Part shown: piece by piece, positions 9,820 to 22,920 of the stretch
Layout of the letters: every line of letters begins with the position of its first letter
How positions within the stretch are numbered: position 1 is the first letter of the stretch
DNA from: an uncultured Oscillibacter sp.
GTDB taxonomy: Bacteria > Bacillota > Clostridia > Oscillospirales > Oscillospiraceae
DNA: 64,000 nucleotides
Assembly: GCA_910584995.1 (NCBI GenBank)
Contig: CAJUDW010000011.1
Coordinates: 644 to 64,643, forward strand
Direction of reading: 5' to 3'
Translations under genes and position numbers: made by a program
Notes under the pieces: model-generated
What the model was told of the DNA's origin: nothing
Database searches by the model: none
What the model saw: the letters and a program-made list of their open reading frames with translations, nothing else

Positions 9820-10665
9820 ATGGGTAATTTCTCTTTTTCCATCTTCCCAAATGAAAATTTTCTGGATCTCCGCCTGTACCAATACGGCTGGGAGCAATGC
9901 GAACCACTCCATTCCTACGGTCCCTCTGTGCGGAACCACTATCTCTTCCATTATATCCTCTCCGGCAGGGGATCTTTGCTGTCCGCCGGGGAGGACAGCA
10001 AGGACCGCCGCTATGAATTAGCGGCGGGGCAGGGATTTTTGATCTGCCCCGGCCAGGTGAATACCTACAGCGCCACCAAGGACGACCCCTGGAAATACGT
10101 CTGGCTGGAATTCGACGGCCTGCGGGCAGGGGAATTCCTCACCAGCGCGGGCCTGGATCTGGCCCAGCCCATCTATTCCCCCCGGGACTCCGCCCTGGGG
10201 GAACTGATGCGGGACGAGATGCTCTATATTACGGATCACGCCGAGGCGTCCCCACTGCACCTGATCGGGCATCTCTGCCTGTTCCTGGACGCCCTGATCC
10301 GCTCCTCCTCCACCCAAACCCTGAACCAGCGGCCCCAGCTGCGGGACTTCTACATCCAGGAGGCGGTGACCTTCATGGAGCAAAACTACCAGCGGAACCT
10401 GACCGTGGAGGAGATCGCGGGGGTCTGCCGCCTGAACCGCAGTTATTTCAGCAAGCTTTTCCGGGACAACCTGGGCTGCCCGCCCCAGGAGTTCCTGATC
10501 CGCCTGCGGCTGGCCAAGGCGGTAGAGTTGATGAAGACCACCAGTTCCTCCATCGGCGATATCTCCGCCCTGTGCGGGTATCCCAACCAACTCCATTTCT
10601 CCAGGGCCTTTAAGAAACGCTACGGCATCTCCCCCCGGGAGTGGCGCAGCAGGAACCGGGGGTAG
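9820..10665 (+). CDS. AraC family regulator (MsmR-like), probably for the alpha-galactoside locus
   Basis: Cupin domain YGWEQCEPLHSYGP...YLFHYILSGRG, C-terminal double HTH (NRSYFSKLF, GYPNQLHFSRAFKKRYGISP). Confidence 0.92.
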   Translation: MGNFSFSIFPNENFLDLRLYQYGWEQCEPLHSYGPSVRNHYLFHYILSGRGSLLSAGEDSKDRRYELAAGQGFLICPGQVNTYSATKDDPWKYVWLEFDGLRAGEFLTSAGLDLAQPIYSPRDSALGELMRDEMLYITDHAEASPLHLIGHLCLFLDALIRSSSTQTLNQRPQLRDFYIQEAVTFMEQNYQRNLTVEEIAGVCRLNRSYFSKLFRDNLGCPPQEFLIRLRLAKAVELMKTTSSSIGDISALCGYPNQLHFSRAFKKRYGISPREWRSRNRG

Positions 10666-10747
10666 CCATATCGCCCGAAAAGGCAATTCAGGACGGGCAG
10701 TTTTTCGGAAATACAGGGGACGGGCCTTGCGGCCCGCCCCCCTTTTG

Positions 10748-12934
10748 TTATTCCGCTTTCAAATACAGCTGGAAGGACTGATAGTCCCCCATCAGCAGTT
10801 CCATGGGCAGCGGGTAGCCGCCCTCCATCAGGGCCGCGCCGCTGTAGGCCGCGCCCCCCTCCACACGGTAGCGCAGGGCCGGATCCAGCCCCCGCAGATA
10901 CAGCGTCCGGAAGGGCGGATTCCCGCAGACAGGGCCGGTGACAACCGACGCCAGCGCCTCCCGCCGGTCCGGGGACACGTGTTCCCAGGCAGTGAAGGGG
11001 CCGTTCTCAAAGGGATCCGTCAGGCGGTAGTAATCGCCCCGCTGGATGAGGTCATAGTGCTCCTTGAAAAAGCGCACCTGCCGGGCCATCAGTTCCCGCT
11101 CCTCCGGCGTGGTCTTGCTGAGATCCATCTCATAGCCGAAGGTGCCCGCCATGGCCACAACGCCCCGGGTCTCCAGCGGCGTAGTCCGCAGCGTCCCCGC
11201 GTTGGGCACGGCGGAAACGTGGGCCCCCATGGCGCTGACAGGATAGGCAAAGGAGGTGCCGTACTGAATCCGGAGCCGGTCCACCGCATCGGTGTTGTCG
11301 CTGCACCAGATCTGGGGAGTGTAATACAGCATGCCGGCGTCAAACCGGCCTCCGCCGCCGGCACAGCCCTCAATCAGCATCTGGGGGAAGTCCTGGTGCA
11401 GCCGCTCCAGCATATCATACACCCCCAGGACATAACGGTGGTAAACCTCCCCCTGCCGTTCCGAAGGCAGCTGGGCAGACCAGACGGTGGCCAGGGTGCG
11501 GTTGGCGTCCCATTTGACATAGGTGATCTCCGCGCTGGAGAGCACCGCCTTCAGCGCGCCGTAAATGTGATCCCGCACGTCCTGGCGGGAGAAATCCAGC
11601 ACCAGCTGGCTGCGGCCGCGGGTGTGGGCGCGGCCGGGTATGGCCAGGGCCCAGTCGGGATGCTGGCGGTAAAGGGCGCTGTCCTCGCTGATCATCTCCG
11701 GCTCCACCCAGATGCCGAACCGCATCCCCAGTTCCTGGATCCGGGGCACCAGGGCCTCCAGGCCGCCGGGCAGCTTCCGCAGGTTCACGGCCCAGTCCCC
11801 CAGGGCCCGGTAATCGTCGTCCCGATCGCCGAACCAGCCGTCGTCCATCACCAGCAGTTCGATGCCCATAGGCGCCGCCGCCTGGGCAATCTCCACCAGC
11901 TTATCCGCGTCAAAGTCAAAGGTAGTGGCCTCCCAGTTGTTCACCAGGACGGGCCTCCGGCGGCCCTCATAGGGATCCCGCAGAAGATGCTCCCGGATGG
12001 CCCGGTGGAACCGGCGGCTCATCTGCCCGAAGCCGGAGGGGGAGCAGACCATGGCAGCCTCGGGGGTCTGGAAGGCCCCGCCGGGTTCCAGGGTCCAGGA
12101 GAAGTGGTAGGGGTTGATGCCCATGACAAGGCGGCAGTCCTCCAGCTGGGACCGCTCCGCCATGGCCTCGAAACTGCCGCTGTAAAGCAGCATGGCGCCA
12201 TAGCAGAGGCCGTGCTCCTCCCCGGCGTCCGGGCGGCACAGCATAACAAACGGATTGTTCTGATGGCTGGAGAGGCCCCGGGTAGTGCCTACCCCCTGGA
12301 TGCCGGGGGCCAGCGGCGTGCGGGTGGGGCAGCGTTCCATCATGTGCCGGCCGGCAAAGGTGATGATATCCAGCGGCGCGGCGTAGGGCAGATCCAGGCA
12401 GAGGGAGGCGGCCTTCAAAAGACGCACCGGCTTCTCCCCCCGGTTGACGATCCGCACCGCCCGGGTAATGAGATCCACATCTTCAAACACGCCGTAATAC
12501 AGTTCCGCCACCACATGGGAGGCAGGATCCTCCAGGAAGAGGATCAGGGTTTCGGCCTCCTGCCCCCAAAAGGCCGGCAGGCCTTCCAGGGTATACTTCC
12601 CCTTCCGGACTTCATAGCCGGTGTAGCGCAGATCTACGGCGTGGCTGCCGTCGGCCTGCTCTACCTCCAGGGAGGGGATGCGGTAATCCCCAACGCCGCA
12701 GGTGGAATACTCCTGGGGCAGGGTGTCCAAGGAGTAATCCCGGCGGTTCCCCGCCTCGTCGGGATTGGGGGTGTGGCTGCGGTCAGCCCGCCGGATCAGA
12801 TAGGTCATATCCTCCTCCACCCGGGGGCCGTAGTAAGCGTGCAGCAGGACATGATAGGGATCCGCCTGCATCTGGTAGGTTGTATGGCTGGTGTGCAGCG
12901 TAAAAATCCGCTGCTCCTGATCGATAACAATCAT
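10748..12934 (-). CDS. Alpha-galactosidase, GH36
   Basis: LVNNWEATTFDF, LLVMDDGWFG, FGIWVEPEMIS, YVKWDAN, EGCAGGGGRFD, QIWCSDNTDA. Confidence 0.95.
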   Translation of the reverse strand: MIVIDQEQRIFTLHTSHTTYQMQADPYHVLLHAYYGPRVEEDMTYLIRRADRSHTPNPDEAGNRRDYSLDTLPQEYSTCGVGDYRIPSLEVEQADGSHAVDLRYTGYEVRKGKYTLEGLPAFWGQEAETLILFLEDPASHVVAELYYGVFEDVDLITRAVRIVNRGEKPVRLLKAASLCLDLPYAAPLDIITFAGRHMMERCPTRTPLAPGIQGVGTTRGLSSHQNNPFVMLCRPDAGEEHGLCYGAMLLYSGSFEAMAERSQLEDCRLVMGINPYHFSWTLEPGGAFQTPEAAMVCSPSGFGQMSRRFHRAIREHLLRDPYEGRRRPVLVNNWEATTFDFDADKLVEIAQAAAPMGIELLVMDDGWFGDRDDDYRALGDWAVNLRKLPGGLEALVPRIQELGMRFGIWVEPEMISEDSALYRQHPDWALAIPGRAHTRGRSQLVLDFSRQDVRDHIYGALKAVLSSAEITYVKWDANRTLATVWSAQLPSERQGEVYHRYVLGVYDMLERLHQDFPQMLIEGCAGGGGRFDAGMLYYTPQIWCSDNTDAVDRLRIQYGTSFAYPVSAMGAHVSAVPNAGTLRTTPLETRGVVAMAGTFGYEMDLSKTTPEERELMARQVRFFKEHYDLIQRGDYYRLTDPFENGPFTAWEHVSPDRREALASVVTGPVCGNPPFRTLYLRGLDPALRYRVEGGAAYSGAALMEGGYPLPMELLMGDYQSFQLYLKAE

Positions 12935-13129
12935 AATTTTGAACCTCTCTGTGCGGTTGTCGCGGCCGCAGGGGCCTGCCTGCGGAAATTGTATGCGATT
13001 TTCCCCGCTGACGCAAGGGGAAACCGCAGGGAAAAGGCCACAAAATCCATTGGCGGCGCATGCGGCGGCTTGTGAAAAATAACGGCCCCGGCTATGGAAT
13101 GAACCAACGCCGGGGCTGTTGTGGAAACC

Positions 13130-13969
13130 TTATTTTCCGCCGGTGGAGGCGATACCCTCAATGAACTGGCGCTGGAAGATCAAATACAGGATCACCATCG
13201 GCAGCATGGCCAGCAGGGAGCCGGCCATCAGCACCGGGAAGTTGGTGGTAAACTGGCCCCGCAGAGTGGCAAGGCCGGAGGAAAGGGTCATCATTTTCAG
13301 ATCAGAGTTCACCACCAGGGGCCACATCAGATCGCCGTAAGCAAAGACGGCGGTGAAGATGGTCAGGGCGGCCACGGAGGTGCCCGTCAGGGGGAACATG
13401 ACCTTGGTGAAGGTCTGCCACTGGTTGCACCCGTCCAGATAGGCGGCCTCGCCGATCTCCGTGGGGATGCCCATGTAGGTCTGGCGCAGGAAGAACACGC
13501 CAAAAGCACTGACCAGGCCCGGGAAAACCAGGGCGAAAATGGTGTTGGCCAGGCCCATGTGGGCGATCATCTGGTACTGGGGGATAATGAAGATCTGGCT
13601 GGGCAGGGACATCTGCACCAGGACGATGCCGAAGAGCAGGCCCTTGCCCCGGAACTGAAGCTTGGCAAAGGCATAGCCCGCCATGGAACTGAAGACAATG
13701 GCGCAGATCACCCGGAAGAACACCATCAGCGTCGTATTCCAGTACAGGTTCAGGAAGGGAAGGCTTGCCATGGCGTCCCGGAAATTGTCCAGCATCAGCT
13801 GAGCGGGGAAAATGGTGGGCGGGATGGCAAGGCTCTCGGGAATGGTTTTGGAACTGGTGAGGATCATCCACACGAAGGGGAAGATCATGACAATGGAACT
13901 GAGGATCAAAACCAGGTAGGTGAGGACGGTTGTCATCTTCCTCGTTCTTTCCAAAGAAGAACTCTTCAT
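13130..13969 (-). CDS. Carbohydrate ABC transporter permease (MsmG-like)
   Basis: SSMAGYAFAKLQFRG, EAA motif EIGEAAYLDG, FQRQFIEGI. Confidence 0.93.
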   Translation of the reverse strand: MKSSSLERTRKMTTVLTYLVLILSSIVMIFPFVWMILTSSKTIPESLAIPPTIFPAQLMLDNFRDAMASLPFLNLYWNTTLMVFFRVICAIVFSSMAGYAFAKLQFRGKGLLFGIVLVQMSLPSQIFIIPQYQMIAHMGLANTIFALVFPGLVSAFGVFFLRQTYMGIPTEIGEAAYLDGCNQWQTFTKVMFPLTGTSVAALTIFTAVFAYGDLMWPLVVNSDLKMMTLSSGLATLRGQFTTNFPVLMAGSLLAMLPMVILYLIFQRQFIEGIASTGGK

Positions 13970-13981
13970 CACAGCGCCTCC

Positions 13982-14875
13982 TTACACATCGTAGTTGACC
14001 CACTTCTTCTGGCCCAGGAACTGCACCACAGTGATCACGCCAATCAGAAGCACGGTCCAAATGACAATGGCAGAGCCGGATCCGCGGCTGCCGGCCACGA
14101 AGGATTCCCGGTAGAACAGATACATCAGGCTCTGCACACTGGTCACAGCGGGGTTGGTGTCCTCCACCATCATGTAGATAAGGTCGTACACCTTCACGGA
14201 GGCCATGAGGCGCATAATCATCACAACGAACAGGGTGGGGGAGACCATAGGCAGGGTGATGTGGAAGAACTGGACCAGCTTGTTGGCCCCGTCGATCTGC
14301 GCGGCCTCATAGTAGGACTTGGAGATATTCTGAAGGCCCGCCAGAAGGAGCACAGCGTCATAGCCGATGTTGCTCCAGATGGCCACGATGGCGCAGGAGA
14401 TCATGACCACCTTGGGGTCGGTAATCCAGCCTATGTGGCTGCCCATCATCTGGTTGAGGATGCCGTACTCGCCGTTGAAAATCCAGCGCCACACCATGGT
14501 GACGGCAGCGGGGGCGCACACCATGGGCAGGAAGAAGATGGTGCGGAAGGCGCCCTTGCCCTTGATTTTGGCGTTCAGGAGCATAGCCACCAGAAGGGCC
14601 AGGAACAGGCCCAGAGGCACCGTCAGGATACAGAAATAGATGGTATTCCAGGTGGCCCGCCAGAACTCGGGGCGCTGGAAAATGTCAATAAAATTTTGAA
14701 AACCGACAAATTTGTAATGGCCGAACCCCAGATGCTCACAGAAGCTGGTGTACAGCGTCTGGACAAAGGGCCACAGGTTCAGGACCAGCAGGCCGATGAT
14801 GGTGGGGGCCACCATGATCCAGCCCCAGTTCTCCTCCCGTCTGGCGGCGGCGGACAGTTTTGTTCCCTTATTCAC
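13982..14875 (-). CDS. Carbohydrate ABC transporter permease (MsmF-like)
   Basis: FRTIFFLPMV, LAGLQNISKSYYEAAQIDGA, FFHITLPMVSPT. GTG start chosen 7 nt after GAGGAGG. Confidence 0.92.
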   Translation of the reverse strand: MNKGTKLSAAARREENWGWIMVAPTIIGLLVLNLWPFVQTLYTSFCEHLGFGHYKFVGFQNFIDIFQRPEFWRATWNTIYFCILTVPLGLFLALLVAMLLNAKIKGKGAFRTIFFLPMVCAPAAVTMVWRWIFNGEYGILNQMMGSHIGWITDPKVVMISCAIVAIWSNIGYDAVLLLAGLQNISKSYYEAAQIDGANKLVQFFHITLPMVSPTLFVVMIMRLMASVKVYDLIYMMVEDTNPAVTSVQSLMYLFYRESFVAGSRGSGSAIVIWTVLLIGVITVVQFLGQKKWVNYDV

Positions 14876-14889
14876 AACAAGCCCTCCTC

Positions 14890-16194
14890 TCACTCGTTAG
14901 CCAGTTTCTTGGCTGTCTCGGTGTTGATGATGCTCTGGATGTTGTCCATACCGGCATCGAAGTTCTGCTGGCCGTTATAGATCTTGTTCAGTTCATCCAG
15001 CACAGGGGCCTTCCACTTGGGCCGGGCGGAGTTGTTGACGCTCTGGATGCCGTACCGGAACTGGTCGTTGAGAACCTCCAGATCCAGATCATAGCCGGCA
15101 TTGGCGAAAGCGTCGAAATAGGGCTGCTCAGTACCGTTATAGGCGGAGATGGCCGCACCGTAGCCGCTGGCGATGTTCTGGGCCTCCTCGGTGCCGAAGA
15201 ACTTGATCACCTCCAGGGCGATGTCACGGGTCTTGCCGTGGGCGGCGGTGGAGTAGCACAGGCCGTTGGAGATGGTGGCCCGGCCGTCGCCGGAGGCAGG
15301 ATCGGGGCATTTGGGCAGAGGCGCGATATCCCACTTGCCCTGCATGTCAGGGAAGCTGGTTACGTCGTTCCACAGGTTCCAGTTGCCCTCCAGGAACATG
15401 GCGCCGCCTTCGGAGAAGAAAGTGGTCTGGGGCGTAGTTTCCGCGAAGTAGGTCTGGTCAGGGCACCAGTCAGTCTTCTGGAGATTGATGTAGAAATCCA
15501 TGGCCTTCCGGGTGCCTTCCTGGTCAAAGCCGCCCTGGGTTTTATCCTCGGTGAGGATGCAGCCGCCGGCCTGGTAAACAAAGTTCCAATAGCCCATCTG
15601 GTCGTCGTTATAGGCCATGAAGCCGTATTTGCCTGTGGCGTCGTGGATCTTCTGGGAGGCGTCGGTCATATCGTCCCAGGTCCAATCCCAGTCGGGATAG
15701 GGCACGCCTGCGGCGTCAAACATCTCCTTGTTATAGCAGAGGACGATGTTGTCCTTGTCCTTGGGCACGCCGTACATCCGGCCGTCGGAGCCCTGGGCAT
15801 TGCCCAGGGAGATTTCCGAGAAATGATTCCCATAGTAGTTGGGATCCACGTCATTGTAGAGATCCGTCACGTCTGCCAGCATCCCGAATTCGGTATAATA
15901 CAGGATCTGGTTAGTGTGCATCCAGAAAATGTCGGGCATGGTGTTGGACTCCGCAGAGGCCTCCAGCTTGGTCCAGTATTCGTTCCAGCTGGTGACCTGC
16001 ACCTCAATCACCACGTCGGGGTTCACGGTCTGGGTATATGCGTCGCAGATAGCCTGCATGGAGTCCCTCTGGTAGACGTCCCAGATCTGGAACATCAGGT
16101 GCGTTTTCCCGTCCGCAGCGCCGCAGCCCACCAAGGAGAACAGCATGGCCGCAGTCATAACGGCGGTGAAAACGCGGGAAAGTCTTTTCTTCAT
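14890..16194 (-). CDS. Sugar ABC transporter substrate-binding lipoprotein
   Basis: Lipobox LVGC; YWTKL...PDIF, YNKEMFDAAGV.YP..DWTWDD. Confidence 0.92.
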   Translation of the reverse strand: MKKRLSRVFTAVMTAAMLFSLVGCGAADGKTHLMFQIWDVYQRDSMQAICDAYTQTVNPDVVIEVQVTSWNEYWTKLEASAESNTMPDIFWMHTNQILYYTEFGMLADVTDLYNDVDPNYYGNHFSEISLGNAQGSDGRMYGVPKDKDNIVLCYNKEMFDAAGVPYPDWDWTWDDMTDASQKIHDATGKYGFMAYNDDQMGYWNFVYQAGGCILTEDKTQGGFDQEGTRKAMDFYINLQKTDWCPDQTYFAETTPQTTFFSEGGAMFLEGNWNLWNDVTSFPDMQGKWDIAPLPKCPDPASGDGRATISNGLCYSTAAHGKTRDIALEVIKFFGTEEAQNIASGYGAAISAYNGTEQPYFDAFANAGYDLDLEVLNDQFRYGIQSVNNSARPKWKAPVLDELNKIYNGQQNFDAGMDNIQSIINTETAKKLANE

Positions 16195-16509
16195 AACATC
16201 TCTCCTCTCATCATCTTTTCATCATCGTTTCCTCATCAGCGCATTCTTTAATCACTCATATAATAACTTTTCCGGTGCGTCCCTGTAAATAGGCCGGGCT
16301 TTTGGTAAATATATCATAATGTTAGAAAATCTCGTATAGATATATATTTGCAATCATTTTGGTATATTTAGAAAAAATTCGTTTAGACGCACAGAAACAC
16401 CGGTTTACAACTGGCAATAGTGCAAAAATGTTCTGACAATTTCAACAAAAAAGAACGGGCCGCTTTTAGCAGCTCGTTCAAAATTATGCCCATATGCTTG
16501 TCCCTTTGT

Positions 16510-17361
16510 TTACCAGACCGGCGGCCCCGGATGACGGCCCGGCTCCCTCCGGCGGGGGGCGCTCTCCAGAAACTCGCTGGGGGACATGCCGGTCTCCCGG
16601 CGGAAAACCTTGGCGAAATAGTTGGCGTTGGCAAAGCCGGAGGCCTCTGCCGCGTAGGTGACGGAGGCCTCCTCGCTGCTCAGCAGCAGCTTGGCGTACT
16701 CAATCCGCACCTTGGTGATATACTTCCCCGGCGGGATGCCTGTCTGCCGGGTGAAGGCCCGGATCAGGTGGGGTTTGGACACCTCCAGCCGCTCCGCCAG
16801 TTCGTCCAGGCCCTCCAAGAAGGGAAACTCCTCCCGGATGATGGCGGCGGCAGCCTCCGCCAGCGGGGAGCCCTGGACATCCGGCCCCTCCGGCGAAAGC
16901 CGGGTCAACCGTACCAACAGATCATAGGCCCGGGAGGAAGCGGCGGCCCCATCCACCGGGGCGTGCTCGTTTTCCAGCACAGAGAGGGCCAGCACCGTTT
17001 CCCGGAGGATGGCCGCACCACCGGTAAGGGGCGGGCAATCCCCCAGCAGCCTCCCGGCCAGTTCCCCCCGGAACTGCACCGCGCCGCAGAGGCAGCCGGA
17101 AACGGCCTGGAGATCGTAGGCCCCCACCTCCTGGAACAGCAGGACCTGTCCCGGCTGGAGGAGGGTATCCCGGGTGTTGGTAATCACAATCAGGCTCCCC
17201 CGGATTGCCGCCGCGGCGATCCACTCCCCTTCCTCGCAGACGCCTCCGGCCCGGTTCCCCGCCTCCAGCGGCAGGAGCCGGGCCAGCGTCAGCGCCAGCA
17301 GCGCCCCCAGATCCGCATCCGGGGGGGCAGGCCGGATTTCCAGGTTTTGTCCGGACGCCAT
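16510..17361 (-). CDS. AraC family regulator
   Basis: C-terminal LDELAERLEVSKPHLIRAF...GFANANYFAKVFRRETGMSPSEF; the N-terminal domain is divergent. Confidence 0.85.
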   Translation of the reverse strand: MASGQNLEIRPAPPDADLGALLALTLARLLPLEAGNRAGGVCEEGEWIAAAAIRGSLIVITNTRDTLLQPGQVLLFQEVGAYDLQAVSGCLCGAVQFRGELAGRLLGDCPPLTGGAAILRETVLALSVLENEHAPVDGAAASSRAYDLLVRLTRLSPEGPDVQGSPLAEAAAAIIREEFPFLEGLDELAERLEVSKPHLIRAFTRQTGIPPGKYITKVRIEYAKLLLSSEEASVTYAAEASGFANANYFAKVFRRETGMSPSEFLESAPRRREPGRHPGPPVW

Positions 17362-17451
17362 ACGCCAACTCCTTTCCGCAGGGATCCCCTGCCCGCAGGC
17401 CGCCGGAGGGCGGCAGGATACGTGCTTCTAAAAGCGATTGGGATGACTTTC

Positions 17452-18810
17452 TCAGTTCCGCAGGCTATGCAGCGGGGCAGGGATCCGCCCGCCCCGGGCG
17501 ATGAAGGCGGCGCTGGATTCCCGGTGCACCGGCATCACCGGCGCGGAGCCCAGGAGCCCGCCCATTTCCACCGTATCTCCCACGGTTTTCCCGGGGGCGG
17601 GCAGGAGGCGGACGGCGGTGGTCTTGTTATTGACCATACCGATGGCCGCCTCGTCGGCAATCACGGCGGCAATGGTCTCCGCCGGAGTGTCCCCGGGGAC
17701 GGCGATCATGTCCAATCCCACAGAGCAGACGCAGGTCATGGCCTCCAGCTTGTCCAGGCACAGCGTCCCGGCCCGGGCGGCGGCGATCATGCCCTCATCC
17801 TCGCTGACGGGGATGAAGGCCCCGGAGAGCCCGCCTACGGAGGAGGAGGCCATGACACCCCCCTTCTTCACCGCGTCGTTCAGCAGGGCCAGGGCCGCCG
17901 TGGTGCCGTGGGTACCGCAGACCTCCAGGCCCATTTCTTCCAGGATACGGGCCACGCTGTCCCCTATGGCAGGGGTAGGGGCCAGGGAGAGATCCACAAT
18001 GCCGAAGGGGGTGTCCAGGCGGCGGCTGGCCTCCTGGGCCACCAGCTGGCCCATACGGGTAACCCGGAAAGCAGTCTTTTTCACTGTCTCCGCCACCACG
18101 TCGAAGGGCTGTCCCTTCACAGACTGGAGGGCATGGTACACCACGCCGGGGCCGGAGACCCCCACGTTGATAACACGCTCCGCCTCCCCTGCCCCGTGAA
18201 AGGCCCCGGCCATAAAGGGGTTGTCCTCCACGGCGTTGCAGAAAACCACCAGCTTGGCGCAGCCCAGGCCGTCCCGGTCCGCGGTTTTGGCGGCGGTCTC
18301 CTTCACAATGCGGCCCATAAGGCTCACGGCGTCCATGTTGATTCCCGCCCGGGTGGAGCCCACGTTCACGGAGGAGCAGACCAGTTCCGTCTCCGCCAAG
18401 GCCTGGGGGATAGAGCGGATCAGCCGCTGATCCGCAACGGTCATCCCCTTCTGTACCAGAGCGGAGTAACCGCCGATGAAGTTGACGCCGCAGGTTTTGG
18501 CGGCCCGGTCCATGGCCAGGGCAAAGGGCACGTAGTCCCCCGTCTCGGAGGCAGCGGCCACCATGGCGATGGGGGTGACGGAAATCCGCTTGTTGACAAT
18601 GGGGATACCGAACTCCGCCTCAATCTCCTCCCCAGTCTTTACCAGGTTTTCGGCGGAGCGGGTAATTTTCTCATAGATTTTTTCGCAGGCCCGCCGGGGA
18701 TCCGGATCGCAGCAGGAGAGGAGGGAAATCCCCATGGTGACGGTGCGGATATCCAGGTGCTGCTGGTCGATCATCTCGATAGTGGAGAGAATCTCCTTGT
18801 GTTTGAGCAT
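17452..18810 (-). CDS. PFL-family protein (UPF0210/DUF711)
   Basis: [62 protein letters not shown]. Confidence 0.92.
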   Translation of the reverse strand: MLKHKEILSTIEMIDQQHLDIRTVTMGISLLSCCDPDPRRACEKIYEKITRSAENLVKTGEEIEAEFGIPIVNKRISVTPIAMVAAASETGDYVPFALAMDRAAKTCGVNFIGGYSALVQKGMTVADQRLIRSIPQALAETELVCSSVNVGSTRAGINMDAVSLMGRIVKETAAKTADRDGLGCAKLVVFCNAVEDNPFMAGAFHGAGEAERVINVGVSGPGVVYHALQSVKGQPFDVVAETVKKTAFRVTRMGQLVAQEASRRLDTPFGIVDLSLAPTPAIGDSVARILEEMGLEVCGTHGTTAALALLNDAVKKGGVMASSSVGGLSGAFIPVSEDEGMIAAARAGTLCLDKLEAMTCVCSVGLDMIAVPGDTPAETIAAVIADEAAIGMVNNKTTAVRLLPAPGKTVGDTVEMGGLLGSAPVMPVHRESSAAFIARGGRIPAPLHSLRN

Positions 18811-18822
18811 GGCGTGGCCTCC

Positions 18823-19092
18823 TTAAATCCGGTGCATGGCGTCGAAGATTTCCTCCCGCTGGATGCGGATGGAGAGGCCCATCTCCCGGGCCAGTTCCGA
18901 CAGGGCGTTCCCCAGTTCCGCGTAGGTGGCGGTGGCGGCGCTGACGTCCACGGCCATTACCATGGTAAAGGCCCCCTGTAAAATGGTCTGGGAGATATCC
19001 AGGATATTGACGTTATACTGGGCCAGGCGGTTGCAGACGGCGGCGATAATACCCACCCGATCCTGGCCTACGACAGAGACAATGGCATGCAT
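18823..19092 (-). CDS. ACT domain protein (UPF0237)
   Basis: VVGQDRVGIIA, NILDISQTI, IQREEIFDAMHRI; usual partner of UPF0210. Confidence 0.92.
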   Translation of the reverse strand: MHAIVSVVGQDRVGIIAAVCNRLAQYNVNILDISQTILQGAFTMVMAVDVSAATATYAELGNALSELAREMGLSIRIQREEIFDAMHRI

Positions 19093-19238
19093 GGCGGTTC
19101 CTCCTTGCGCCGCCTCTCCGGCGGCGGTATTCATGAAGTCAGGGAAGCGCCAACTATTCAGCCAGCGGTTCCTTCGGCGGCCTGAGGGCAAAAACAGCCG
19201 CTTTGGGGTTATTTTAACACATTTTTGCCCCAAAGTAT

Positions 19239-19401
19239 AGGCCTTGTTTGATAAATGGCAGAATGACCAACGATGGGAGATTTTTCTGCCAATCGAGGCG
19301 GTTTAACGCAGCCATACTTAGTGTATGGCAAGGGACATCCACACAGGGCAACGAGAAAAGATCCGCACTTTTGGCGTTTTGACAGTTTTCAAACGAGGCC
19401 T
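19239..19401. mobile_element. Putative MITE (~163 bp, imperfect terminal inverted repeats, no ORF)
   Basis: Left end aggccttgtttgataaatggcagaatgaccaa versus reverse complement of right end aggcctcgtttgaaaactgtcaaaacgccaa; internal hairpin gccatac-ttagt-gtatggc. Confidence 0.6.
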
Positions 19402-19454
19402 GGCCGCAAACCAGAAAAACGGCGGAATCTGCTTCCGCCGTTTTCCGGATATGT

Positions 19455-20270
19455 TCACAAAAAGATTTCGTTGACCTTCGGTTCCCGGAAATTCGCCTCC
19501 AGCATGGCCACATGGGACAAAAAGGCCGGGTCGTCAAAATATTTCGCGTGCCGGGTGCACCGCCGCACGCAGGATTGGCACTTGATGCAAAGGCCCGGAA
19601 CCTGGGAGACGTCCGCCGGATCGATGGCCCCCATGGGGCAGGTCCGGGCGCAGACGCCGCAGCCGCAGCACTTGGAGAGAGCCGTCCGGGGTTTGGCTTT
19701 TAAAAACTTGGCTGGCTGGCCGCCGGCATCCTTGGGGACATAGTAAGGGGCGCCGGGATCCCCGGGAACGGCAGGGACGGTGCTGTCCCCCCTGCGGATT
19801 TTCTCCGCAACTTTCCCGGCGAAGGCCCTAGCCTCCGCCAAATCGTCCCAATCGGGACGGCCCCCGGCCAGGTTATCCGTAAAGGCGTGCCGGGCGGCGA
19901 AAGCCCCCGCTCCGGTGATTTGGAACCCGTTCTCCCCCAGTAAGGCGCAGAGTTCCGCCAGGGAGTTTTCCCAGGCCCGGTTGCCGTAGGTGACTACAGG
20001 GACTGCCAGCGCGCCGTCCCCCCGGAAGCGGGCCCGGAAATCCGGCGCGATTTTGTTGGGCATCCGCCCGGCGTAGGTGGGCGAACCGATTACCGCCAGA
20101 TCGGAGGGGCCGAAGCAGGCCTCCTGTGCCCGATCCCCCGGTTTGGTGAAAGGCCGCTCCCGCAGGGGCAGATCCAGTTCCTTTGCCAGGGCCTCGCCAA
20201 TGGCCCGGACAACCTTTTCCGTAGCCCCGGCAGGGCTGAAGGCAGAAATCCAAACGGTTTGCAATGTCAT
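19455..20270 (-). CDS. EFR1-family flavodoxin-ferredoxin fusion
   Basis: FSPAGATEKV, PTYAGRMPN, VTYGNRAW; two 4Fe-4S motifs CCGCGVCARTCP and CIKCQSCVRRC. Confidence 0.9.
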   Translation of the reverse strand: MTLQTVWISAFSPAGATEKVVRAIGEALAKELDLPLRERPFTKPGDRAQEACFGPSDLAVIGSPTYAGRMPNKIAPDFRARFRGDGALAVPVVTYGNRAWENSLAELCALLGENGFQITGAGAFAARHAFTDNLAGGRPDWDDLAEARAFAGKVAEKIRRGDSTVPAVPGDPGAPYYVPKDAGGQPAKFLKAKPRTALSKCCGCGVCARTCPMGAIDPADVSQVPGLCIKCQSCVRRCTRHAKYFDDPAFLSHVAMLEANFREPKVNEIFL

Positions 20271-20331
20271 ATCCAGTCCTCCTGTAAAAGCAGGCGTCCG
20301 GGATTGCCGGACGCCTGCTGTATGAATTGGC

Positions 20332-20541
20332 TTAAATGGCAAAATCCTCCGGCTTCAGCCGTTCCGTCTCCAGGACGGCAGGCCGGGGCGGGACGCGCTT
20401 GAGGGGGTCGTACCGGAAGGAACGGCAGCTGTTTTCCGCCGGGACCACGCCCCGCTTCACGCAGGCCACCTCCCGCTCGCTGATCCCCTGGCCCCGGCAG
20501 CAGTAGGCACAGCGGGGCTCAATATCCTTTCTAAACAGCAT
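20332..20541 (-). CDS. Small Cys-rich hypothetical protein (possible metal binder)
   Basis: MLFRKDIEPRCAYC...C...C..FRYDPLKRVP; GGAGG RBS right after the clp stop. Confidence 0.75.
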   Translation of the reverse strand: MLFRKDIEPRCAYCCRGQGISEREVACVKRGVVPAENSCRSFRYDPLKRVPPRPAVLETERLKPEDFAI

Positions 20542-20552
20542 GGCACCTCCCC

Positions 20553-22859
<2,307 letters not shown>

Positions 22860-22920
22860 TTTTTACCTCCAAAAACGGGCATACCGCCCAAATGGGAAAA
22901 ACGGCGCGGTCCCCTCCGAA

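Noticed and set aside
10727..18981. Very long plus-strand ORFs (782, 619, 463 and 853 aa) and similar ones elsewhere (e.g. 21027-22841, 39834-42038, 50381-52168, 60522-62540)
   Set aside because: Antisense shadows of well-supported genes, expected from high third-position GC; they show no recognisable motifs.
19093..19238. ZTP (pfl) riboswitch upstream of the ACT/PFL-family genes
   Set aside because: The GACUGGCG and CGCCUGGG core motifs were not found.
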